A stretch of DNA of 64,000 nt, the filler included, from Chiloscyllium plagiosum (lineage: Eukaryota): assembly GCF_004010195.1 (NCBI RefSeq). It is 15 parts of 15 records of this genome, joined end to end, with 100 filler letters (N's around TTAATTAATTAA, not from the genome) between each part and the next. Parts side by side here need not be neighbours in the genome. Positions count along the whole stretch, not along the records: positions 25,094 to 29,405 come from NW_025195087.1; positions 29,506 to 30,697 come from NW_025136379.1; positions 30,798 to 33,995 come from NW_025189058.1; positions 34,096 to 35,536 come from NW_025155280.1; 11 more parts are not named here. One strand, written 5' to 3'. Made by a program: the position numbers and the translations under genes. The notes under the pieces were generated by a model. That model was not told the DNA's origin. It ran no database searches and saw only the letters and a list, made by a program, of their open reading frames with translations. Shown piece after piece: positions 25,334 through 35,384 of this stretch; the stretch's first letter is position 1; each line of letters opens with the position of its first letter.

Positions 25334-26022
25334 TTGAAACTTTATTGCTGGAACAGCACAGCAGGTCAGGCAGCATCCAGGGAACAGGAGATTCGACGTT
25401 TCGGGCACAGGCCCTTCTTCAGGAATGAGCAGAGAGTGTTCAGCAGGAGAAGATAAAAGGTAGGGAGGAGGGACTTGGAGGAGGGGCGTTGGAAATGTGA
25501 TAGGTGGAAAGAGGTCAAGGTGAGGGTGATAGGTCGGAGTAGGATGGAGCTCTTTCCACCTATCACATTTCCAACGCCCCTCCTCCAAGTCCCTCCTCCC
25601 TACCTTTTATCTTCTCCTGCTGAACACTCTCTGCTCATTCCTGAAGAAGGGCCTGTGCCCGAAACGTCGAATCTCCTGTTCCCTGGATGCTGCCTGACCT
25701 GCTGTGCTGTTCCAGCAATAAAGTTTCAACTTTGATATCCAAATGAATCCAACAAGAACTGGACCAAGCATATGTGGTACTCATAATCTTCTTCATCCTA
25801 AGTATACGCATGATTTTACTACAACTGCTAAGTATTTCATCAGTAATATTTTCAGCAACATAACACAAAACATCGCAGATAAGAAAAACTGCAGCATATT
25901 AACATGCCAAATTTCCCCTAAAGTAAATGCAAAGGGAGTCGCGGAGGGAGTGGTCTCTACGGAAAGCTGATAGGGGAGGGGAGGGAAATATATGCTGATA
26001 GGGGAGGGGAGGGAAATATATA
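25334..26022. mobile_element. Composite insertion with 13-bp TSD; contains a Penelope-like 183-bp inverted repeat (25331-25513 / 25550-25732)
   Basis: TSD GACCTAGTGTAAG at 25321-25333 and 26023-26035; the paralogous site near 17448-17465 is empty. Confidence 0.88.
25637..25672 (+). ncRNA. Minimal type I hammerhead-ribozyme-like motif (mirror copy on minus strand, 25391-25426)
   Basis: ATTC-CTGAAGA-A-GGGC-ctgt-GCCC-GAAA-CGTC-GAAT: core boxes, stem II, stem I ATTC/GAAT, palindromic ACGT stem III. Confidence 0.6.
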
Positions 26023-26628
26023 GACCTAGTGTAAGGTCTATCGTGCTCTCCCAGTAGTTATGTTTGCTGTATTTAGGTTTTGAAGTACTGTCCACTTGCC
26101 TTCATTCGAGGAGGTATCCGTGATTTCATTTCTCTTTCCAGCTGAAAATACTCTTGTCAGAATTGCGACAGGAGCAACATTCTGTACCCCGCACCCCTGC
26201 CCCCATCCTTGTCCATCTTTCCCTGCCTCGCCTGAAAGCACTAAATCCTGAAATATTGAATTGCCACTCCTGCCCCGCTCTCAATATGTCTCCGTGATAG
26301 CAACCGTATCATTTCCAAATTTATGCCGTTAATTCATCTGCCTTGTTCATCAGACTCTGTCATTAAAACGAATACCATCCAACGTTGCTATCTCCCTTCT
26401 GATGTTACCGGCCTATAGTTTCTATGCCTCCTTGACTCCCTTGCTGTGTCCTATAATTTTAGCCCTTCACATTGTCCTGCTGATGTTTCTGTGTGGACCC
26501 CAGCTTCTCCAGCACTCTGCACAATTATGATTCTTGTATCCATTAACCACAAGAAACCTTGATATATGAGAACTGATTCTATTTGTTATGAAATTCATCA
26601 GATAATTTATGCGATGTGTTTCCTAAAG

Positions 26629-26936
26629 GTACAGATCTTAAACCAACTCTTCTCCTAACTGTGAGCTGCAGTGAAGAAATCGCAAGCAGCAAGTTTGCAG
26701 CTGCCATCTGTTCAATAATCGATTTCCATCCGAAGTCAATCTCCGTGAGTTGGTTGAAAAATGGCCGACCCTTTGATTCTAGCTTCTTCACGTCTCCCGT
26801 GTGTGAGGCGAACGGGAACTTCTCGGTGACGAGTCGGCTGATGGTCGCATATGGTGAATGGTTCAACAGCCCAGTCTATACCTGCCAGTTCACTCATGAA
26901 GAGACACTCAAAGTAAAAACATCACCACACTCCAGG
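26629..26936 (+). pseudogene. IGHM: IgM Cmu2 exon, frameshifted
   Basis: Paralog of 18054 exon; 1-nt deletion near 26903 (gagaacact to gagacact); 308 nt. Confidence 0.85.
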
Positions 26937-28908
26937 GTAAGAGACACATACTGAGAGAGCTACAAATCATTCTGAACTCGGATGTAAATCAAAAACACTA
27001 ATTTATCAGGCTCAGTAAACAGCACGGTACAACTTCTCACTTCCCAACATGCCATGTGTCCCTTATTTCAGTTTGAGTGATATATTAGCATTGCTCATAA
27101 TTCAACATTTTAGCAAATCAGAAAAGCATGTTTCCCCTCTGTTGAAGATAGATATATAGACAGTGGGCTTAGTTAAATAGTTTGTTGCCTGACCATGCTG
27201 GGAGAGGCACTCAGAGTGCTGAAACATTGCAAGGTAGCGTCTTCAAGGATAAGTTTGGGGGTGGAGGGAGGATATTGGAGTGATGTCTGATCGAAACATA
27301 GAAAATACTGAGAAACTGAGATCGAGTGAACGTGGAACGTGGAACTGATAGGTGAGACTAGGACCCAAGGACACGATCTCAGGATCAAAGGGTCACCGTT
27401 TAGAACTGAGATGGGGAGGAATTTCTTCAGCCAGAGGGTGATAAATCAGTGGAACTTGCTGCTGCAGAGGGCTGTGGAGGCCAGGCAATTGTGTGTATTC
27501 AAGACATAGCTAGATCAGCTCTTGCTTAGTACGGGGAGAAGGCAGGAGAATGGCTTTAGCCCGAAACGTCGATTTTCCGGCTCTTCAGATGCTGCCTGAC
27601 CTGCTGTGCTTTTCGAGCACCATTCTGACCTAAACTCTGGATTGGCCGAACAGCCTTATTCTGATCCTCTATCTTATGATATACTGGTCTCAAAATGACA
27701 TGGTTAAAATATGCGGTGACCCTTACTTGAAAATAAATAAAAATACATTCAATGCTTCATTCCCTGATCAGAAATGACCTGTTGGCGTTGGACATTGTAC
27801 GACATCGATTTTCATCTGGTACTGAACTCTTTAGCTTTATTTATGGGATCAGACCACAGACCACATGGGTATCAGATTTGATGAACTGGGATAAACGTGA
27901 TCTCACTGAGCTGTTTTAAGATGGTCTCTGTAATTAGTGAATGAGGCAAGCGAATAAATTCTGGTGGGAATGCTACAATAGGGATGAATGAACTAGGAAT
28001 TTGAGACAGGATGTTTTAGCCTGGTTTGGGGTGGCAATGTTTACACAGTGAATAGTGGATGTCTATAAAACTAGTGCACATTTCCTTCGCATTTGTAGAT
28101 TAATTTAAGACGCTTTAGGTTGTTTTTTTTTTGTCTCCCCCGCAGTTCTCTGAAGAAATTAAAGAATGCAGCTTGGTCAATAAAGTGAAAGTACAGACCA
28201 GTCATGAACTAACAGAATGGAGGGAAAGACTTAAGAGATGGGTGTCCTTCTCGATATCCAATACTGTACTCAGTGTCTTGTTTTCAGATCCACTCCAAAC
28301 TCAGCCCACGAGAAAAAATAACATAAATTAGAGAATGACATCATAGCAATAACGCAAAGTATTTTCGATCACTTTAGATATAATGAACAGAATTTCCATG
28401 GCTATTCACCACTCCTGTAACATTTTAGAACTCTGCAAAGAGAATAATTATTATTTATTATAATTTGTCCAAAATTTGGGATGTGATTTGGCAGTCAGCG
28501 TGACCAGCAGCATTTGCACCTAAGGGTTATGAGCATGGAAATGAACTCATTATATTCAGATTACTCTTGTCACAAGAATCAATAGATGGTCTTAAGTGAG
28601 AGACAAACTCTGAAAGAAAGGTAATTCCATGTGTTACATGATGGTATCTTCGATTATTTTACTTTTTTCACAGGTTTCATTTGTTACAAAGCCCGTGTCC
28701 TTTAGGAATAATTACACAGGGTATGTCATAGGTCATCACAAATGCTTTCACAGATCAAAATACATCAACAATAGTAAGCATCGTTTCAGCAATAGTTGGA
28801 GTTGCCATTTTGAAGGTGGTGTCTTCACCATGTGGAGAAGTAATCTGAAGATTGGATGTTTGTATCATAAAGACGCATTTTTCATTGGCTTTGATTTTTG
28901 TTTCATAG

Positions 28909-29164
28909 AAGATACCGAGTGCCACGCTAACACTGTTAACCTGCGTTGTGTCCAATCTTCCTTCTGGAGTCAACGTTACCTGGGCACAAGTAAAGAAGCC
29001 TGTGAAATCAGAGATTGCTGACCAGCCTGGACAGAATCCCGACAGCGGGATCTGCAAATTCGACATTTCAACTAAAGCCTGGCTGAGTGGCGTTACTTTT
29101 GAATGTGTGGTGTACCATCAGAATCTACCGACTCCGCTGAGACACTCCATCCACAAGGAGAAAG
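28909..29164 (+). pseudogene. IGHM: IgM Cmu3 exon with a 53-nt deletion
   Basis: Compared with the 34500 exon, [16 protein letters not shown] is lost at a TTAA microhomology; remainder [33 protein letters not shown]; GTGAG donor. Confidence 0.88.
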
Positions 29165-29807
29165 GTGAGCGATGAGATTAAAATGCAAAGAATCCCATGT
29201 GTAATCCAGATCCAGTTACATCAATGCCAGGCTTTGATTGGTAATGAACAAACACCGTTGGGAGCATTAATGATGCATCTGAAGGCAGGAGAGCTAAGTA
29301 GCTGATTAAGAAGAAGATGGACCAAAGGATATTGTATTCTGATGAAGTCAGATCAGGTGGGAAGAAGCCTGGGTTGTGACGTCACCATCAGCAATGACAA
29401 TTGGANNNNNNNNNNNNNNNNNNNNNNNNNNNNNNNNNNNNNNNNNNNNTTAATTAATTAANNNNNNNNNNNNNNNNNNNNNNNNNNNNNNNNNNNNNNN
29501 NNNNNTTTTCTCCATAGCCCGGACTTGCTGCACATTTAGGCTGCTGCTTATTTCCCATTTGAAATTTACTGTTCAATGAGTTCCAATCACTCGTTTTGGC
29601 AGCTCATTCGATATTATAAGAAGACAACATATGAAAGAAAATATCACCCTATCTCCTCAGCAATTTATATTTCGATAAAAGAGAATAGATTCAAATGGAC
29701 TATCAACAAAGTTAACTGCCACAAAAATCAGGTCAATTTCGGTGATTTACAATTTTCCTGTATAAACAGTAGTTGAATAATTGCTCATGTTCAATGTCAT
29801 TCTACAG

Positions 29808-30119
29808 ATTCCAGTTTCCCGACGTCTCAGAGACCGCTTATTCAAACTTCTCCTGCTGGTGATAACGTTACTCTGAGTTGTCAGTATTCAGGATTCTGTC
29901 AGGACACAGTTTACTGGTACAGTCAATCCCCAGGACAGGCTCCGAAATATCTCCTTCAGAGAGACACTACAGGAGATGCGAAGAAAGAAAATGCTGCTGG
30001 GCTACGAATTTCTGAATCTTTTGATCCTCGGGCAAAAATCAGTCGGTTAATGATCTCTCGAATACAACTACGTGATTCTACTGTTTATTACTGTGCAAGG
30101 AGTCGGCGGTCAGCACACA
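29808..30119 (+). CDS. TRDV: NAR-TCR-supporting TCR-delta V exon (no leader seen; extra CDR1 Cys); absent from the ORF track
   Basis: AG acceptor at 29806-7, phase 1; (D)SSFPTSQRPLIQTSPAGDNVTLSCQYSGFCQDTVYWYSQSPGQAPKYLLQ...IQLRDSTVYYCARSRRSAH, open; followed by 23-RSS. Confidence 0.85.
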
Positions 30120-30395
30120 CACACTGATTCAGCGTACAGAGAGAGCTGTACAAAATCTTGAGCGTAGGGGGATTACCGACACAGTGATGCACAGCTGGAA
30201 GAGAGCGTTACAAAAACCTGAACTTATTAGGATTACAGACACACAGTGAGGCAGAGCACGGAGAGACATGGACAAAAACCCAGAACATGGTGCTGTTACC
30301 GACACACTGGTGCAAAACACTGAATGTGCTTTACCAGAACTTGAATAAGGTGAAGATTACAGAAATAGTGACACAGAGATTTCTCTACAAAATCA
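30120..30395 (+). promoter_or_regulatory. Tandem array of 23-RSSs (four with 23-nt spacers, one decayed)
   Basis: Heptamers at 30120, 30180, 30242, 30303 and (30364); nonamers at 30150, 30210, 30272, 30333 and (30387). Confidence 0.93.
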
Positions 30396-30939
30396 TGCCT
30401 GCAGAGGTTTGTAGAGCTGGACTCGGAATCCAGTTTTGGGGGGTGGGGTGTGAAGAATGGTTTGTAACCAAAATCTCCATGGTTAAACGGCATATATTGT
30501 CTACTAATGTCCAATTTATTGGGGAAACATCTAATTAATGGAAATAATTATGGCTTTCATGTTCACCCGTATTTTACGTAACACACTGTTATTGGAAAAT
30601 GAATCAGTAAAGAAGGAAGATTGCATTATGCACAAAAGCTGTATAATATGAACAGTTTCATTAATAACTTGAGTATTCTAATTGGACAATTATGGGANNN
30701 NNNNNNNNNNNNNNNNNNNNNNNNNNNNNNNNNNNNNNNNNTTAATTAATTAANNNNNNNNNNNNNNNNNNNNNNNNNNNNNNNNNNNNNNNNNNNNCCA
30801 CCCATCAATCACCTCATGGTCAAAACAGCGTACCATCCACTCCCTCCATCCAAAGTGCTTCAGTCCAGGTCACGATACAGAAGTCCAGAGTAATCTGTCG
30901 TTCCCCTGCATCGAATTATCAGTTCCCAACTCGGGAGGT

Positions 30940-30982
30940 ATGGGTAACCTACTTGGTTTAATCCTGTGTGTCTGTTTACCCT
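30940..30982 (+). CDS. NAR-TCR V leader exon MGNLLGLILCVCLP
   Basis: ATG, hydrophobic stretch, GTGAGT donor, phase 1. Confidence 0.88.
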
Positions 30983-31129
30983 GTGAGTATCGATTACAAA
31001 AATTAACATTGCGAATTTCAAACAACACTGCTGCCGAATTCGTCCGCATTACAGGCAGGGCCTGCAGTGTTAATTGCGTTGTTTGGGTCAGTTCTAATGC
31101 CCGCTCACTTCTCTCTGTTCAATTTTCAG

Positions 31130-31419
31130 GTTATTTCAGTCAGTCAGTGACACAGAGCCCAGAAGCAGTGACTAAGAAGGAATGTCAGACTCTCACGATC
31201 AACTGTGTTTTTAAAAGTCTTTATTCTTATCATTATTTTGAGAGTGGAGAATTCTTTAGACAAACGCGGGCAGCGACGAAATGGGAGCAGATGTCCAGCG
31301 GCGGGAGATTTTTTGTGTACACAGATAAAGCACAAAAGACATTTTCGTTGGAAATTCGGGATGTCAGAGTTGAAGACACCGCCACCTATTACTGTAAAGC
31401 TCGTTACTGGGATGGCACA
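31130..31419 (+). CDS. NAR-TCR V exon (VNAR-like domain)
   Basis: QSVTQSPEAVTKKECQTLTINCVF..SGEFFRQ..SSGGRF..QKTFSLEIRDVRVEDTATYYCKA; truncated CDR2 region typical of VNAR; extra FR1 Cys; RSS CACAGTG-21-ACAAAAACT at 31420-31456. Confidence 0.85.
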
Positions 31420-31771
31420 CACAGTGATGGACTACGGCTTTCGTCCCACAAAAACTCTCATTGGAGATTGTTGCAAAAAGAAATTGAAAAAAGAGCCAAT
31501 CTGCCAGAAACTCCCACATTTCTGCCTCACAGCGGCTGCCCCGCAGTACAATTTGCTATTAGACTGGATTAATGTTAAAAACATTCTATGTTTCACAAAT
31601 GCCATGTGTCTTTGGATTGCGTATCTTTGTCAAGACTGGTGTGCATGAGTGGATATCGAGAATGACTGATCACTGTTAAAGGATACTGACGTGAATCGGA
31701 ATCCTGTTCTAACAGCTGAAATCAGGAATTGACGTTCAGCTGTAATACCCAAAATCTCAACAAATCCTGTG

Positions 31772-31843
31772 AAGTTTTACACCGACATATACCACTGTGA
31801 CATTTTGGAACAAGTCACAGTGAAAGAAGCCCGATCACAAACT
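31772..31843 (+). other. NAR-TCR D segment (core 31800-31815, ACATTTTGGAACAAGT) with 12/12 RSSs
   Basis: AAGTTTTAC-12-CACTGTG, 16-nt core, CACAGTG-12-TCACAAACT. Confidence 0.85.
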
Positions 31844-32195
31844 TCTTTCCAATTAAAGTATAAATTCTCCGGCCCCAACACTCAATTGTCAGTTTGAAGT
31901 TTCACTTCGCTGTAATTCAAGTTGATATCTTTACAATCCCCAGCAAGAACAAATTTGTTTATTCGATTCTTCTTCGCTGACATGAAGTGAGCATCCACCT
32001 CTTGTATTCCTGTGCCATTTGATAGAAGAACAAGAGATGAACTTGAGCCAAAGGGAACTTGGACACAGAGGACATGGTCTATTTATCTAAATCTCGTTTA
32101 TAATCAGTTTGGTCAAGCAGGGTGCTGATGATGTTTCGATGCTTTGAGGTAACATTGGTTCTTGTACAGAGGAGATTGAGAGGAGCATTGCTGTG

Positions 32196-32245
32196 TTATT
32201 ATGATCATGTAGTTGGATCCGGAACGGCGGTGACTGTCACAGCTG
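32196..32245 (+). CDS. NAR-TCR J segment YYDHVVGSGTAVTVTA
   Basis: GxGT motif; GGTTCTTGT-23-TGCTGTG RSS at 32157-32195; GTAAGT donor. Confidence 0.88.
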
Positions 32246-34499
32246 GTAAGTGACTCTGCATTCCACCTTGCTATTGATTATGTTGCTGAATGATCGATTC
32301 ATTGTTATCAGCTTAAATGTAAAGAAAGTAAACAAATATTTTAGAAGGTATCGCTTCTGGTCCAATGTCGGAGTTGCTTGTCAGCAGAATATGCGTGTCA
32401 GGTCCTGGTTTCCTCAGGCGAAAAAAATGAATGGCACCTGGCCCTGAGTCTACGGTTTCATTGTACTCGTGGTATGAATGGTCAAACAGGTCAATAGAGG
32501 GATACCAACAACATGGCGATCAGGTGCTTTAATGAATAAAGAGTGCCGACTGTCTGGGATCCATTCCAGGAGTTACCTGTGACCGAGGGAGCTCTTTTTG
32601 TTGCTTAGGTCACAGGAGCAAGCTCACAGAGCTTTGTACCAGGCAGAGATTCAAGCCCGAATTCCAAACATTCAATGAAAACATTTGACCCACGAGAAAA
32701 TCAGGAACACTACTCAGCGAACCTCAGGTGGAAGATGTCTGGCTGCACGTCAAAATGAGTTATCCTATTTGAGGAATGGGAGTCAGGAATAACCGACATG
32801 CCATTTATTTTCAATTCATTTCATATATGCATTCATCTAACCAATCATGTTTCCATTTTCCAGGCTCATAATTGAACGTGAAATTGTAAAGAGTTTTGGT
32901 TCATTTAATGTAGGTGTTTTCAAATGTCGGTTTGCTGTAATGAAGGTGATTATTGGAACCAACTCAAACTGAAGAATGCTCATTTAGAAACTGCAAGTAA
33001 CAGTTCATCAAAAGGAATAAGTGACAAATTCTGGGGCATCGATCAAATTAAACCCCCTCATCAGGAGTATGAGTTATATGGAAGGAAGGGCTGCAATGTT
33101 TTCTACCCTGAAATGCCATTTCGAAAATTGTTCTCCTTACTTGAGAATAAATTGATTTGTTTTCGAACACGTAAAGCTAAGATTCACTAGACATCCCCTT
33201 GAGATAACGTTATTGTCCTTTGTGAAGCTACTCTGAAGTGTAAGCTCCATTGCCGATCGTTTAAAAGAAGCAGAGTGATTGAATTTGAACATGTAGAATT
33301 ATTAAGGGGTAGACGTATCGATGAAATGTTCTCCGCACAGAAAAGTCTATCCAACAGTCACAATTTGCGACTGGGGGTCAGCAAACGGGCGACGAAGAGC
33401 AGAAAGCTTTTCAGACGATCGATTGTCTTGAATTAGTGGCATTTTGTATCTCAGAAAGTAGTGGAGACCCAACCGTTATCTGCTTTCGCTGGTTCTGTTT
33501 TGCACTGGGAACAACGAAGCAGAAGAGACTTCATAAAAATCTTAAATACGATGGCCTCAAAACTGCGATGGATGAGACTGAACTGAGAGCAATAGGCCAC
33601 AAGCAGAACAAACAAAGTAATGAAGGTGAAGAAATGTGTAAAATGTAATTGCCACCAGAGTAGTTGGAGCACATTGTATTGAGTCATTTATAGAAGGTTT
33701 TGAAAATACAGGGAGGAGAATGGAATACACCAACACACTGTGTTAAATGGGCAATATGAATTAGATTTCAGGCAGAAGTGAACGTTGGCATAAACGAACA
33801 GCCATAAATCAGTTTGGCTGAATGACCCTGTCTTCATTTTTTAATGCAAAACTGAAAAGATTTCCACTCAGAAAACAATAATTCAATGAAAGTAATTGCA
33901 ATTGAGGGAAATCTGAAAGGTAGTTTCCAGTGTGTAACAGTAAAACCACCGTAGAGACAGTGCAGACAGAACCAAACAGACTGCTGAGAGACGTTNNNNN
34001 NNNNNNNNNNNNNNNNNNNNNNNNNNNNNNNNNNNNNNNTTAATTAATTAANNNNNNNNNNNNNNNNNNNNNNNNNNNNNNNNNNNNNNNNNNNNATGCC
34101 CAGCAGCATTTGCAAGTAAGTTTTATGAGCATAGAAATGAAGTCGTTATATTCAGATTACTCTTGTCACAAGTATGAATGGATGGTCGTAAGTGAGAGAA
34201 GAACTCTGGAAGGAAGGTAATTCCATGTGTTACACCATGGTATCTTTGATTTTACTTTTTCACAGGTTTCACTTGTTGCAAAGCCAGTGTTCTTTATGAA
34301 TGATTACACGGGGCATGTTATAGATAATAACAAATGTTTTCCCAAATCAAAATATATAAACAACAGGAATCATCATTTCAGCAATTGTTGGAAGCTGCCA
34401 TTTCAAAGTGGTTTCTTCACTTCATGTGGGAGTAGCCTGAAGGCTCGGTGTTTTGATTCGAAAGAGGCATTTTTCATTGATTTGATTTTTGTTTCATAG

Positions 34500-34808
34500 G
34501 AGTTAATGAGTGCCACGATTACACAGTTAAAATTCTACCACCGCCAGTAGAACAGGTCTTACTGGAGGCGACGGTGACATTAACCTGTGTTCTGTCCAAT
34601 CTTCCTTCTGGAGTCAATGTCACCTGGATACAAGAAAAGAAGACTCTGAAATCAGAGATTGCTAACCAGCCTGGAGAAGATCCCGACAGCGTGATCAGCA
34701 AATTGAGCATTTCTACTCAAACATTGCTGAGTGACTTTAGTTTTGAATGCGTGGTGAACCATCCGTATCTACCGACTCCTCTGAGAGACTCCATCCGCAA
34801 GGGAAATG
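34500..34808 (+). CDS. IGHM: IgM Cmu3 exon (open frame; cluster probably a pseudogene because its Cmu4 is truncated)
   Basis: [69 protein letters not shown]; AG/GT, 309 nt. Confidence 0.88.
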
Positions 34809-35268
34809 GTGAGCGGTGAGATAAAATAACAAAGTATTCCATGTGTAATCTAGATCCAGTTACATACATGGCATGCTTAGATTAGCTCCAAATAATCTTT
34901 GCACCATGAAAGATGTGTCTGATGGCAGGATAGCTAAATATCTGATTGAGAACAGAATGGACCAAAGGTTGATCTTTTATGATTATAAGTCAAATAAAAT
35001 AGGAAGAAACCTGGTTTGTGTTTTTAACATCAGCAATGACAAATGTGCAGGATGTCTTAGTTGTGGGTTAGAAACATGGAGTCCACTTTCGAATAAAACT
35101 CTTTACTCTTCATGAACAGAATGGATATTATTCTGCTGGTTTAGAAAATGAGAGTGTATAAAGCCCAAATTTTAAAAACAAAACTGGCATATTTTAATAT
35201 GTAGTGAAATTGCAATGTTGATTCTGGATTTTTATAGTTGATTTATATTTGTTTCAAATATTCTGCAG

Positions 35269-35384
35269 GAGAAAAGCTACTGGAGCCATCAGTATCTATC
35301 CTACTGCCACCCACAGAAGACGTTTCCGCTCAGAGGTTTCTTTCCCTCACCTGTTTAGTGAGAGGCTTCTACCCCCGAGAGATC
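35269..35384 (+). pseudogene. IGHM: IgM Cmu4 exon truncated after GFYPREI
   Basis: [34 protein letters not shown], then unrelated sequence. Confidence 0.85.

Noticed and set aside
30159-30363. Linkers between the tandem RSSs as D segments
   Set aside because: They have only a 3' 23-RSS and no 5' nonamer-12-heptamer, so they cannot act as conventional D segments.
30120-30395. CRISPR-like repeat-spacer array
   Set aside because: Vertebrate DNA with no cas genes; the repeats are RAG heptamer/nonamer signals.
31130-32245. IgNAR heavy-chain V-D-J
   Set aside because: Only one D rather than about three, no IgNAR-type J/C context, and the FR1 Cys fits NAR-TCR better; no IgNAR constant exons are in the window.
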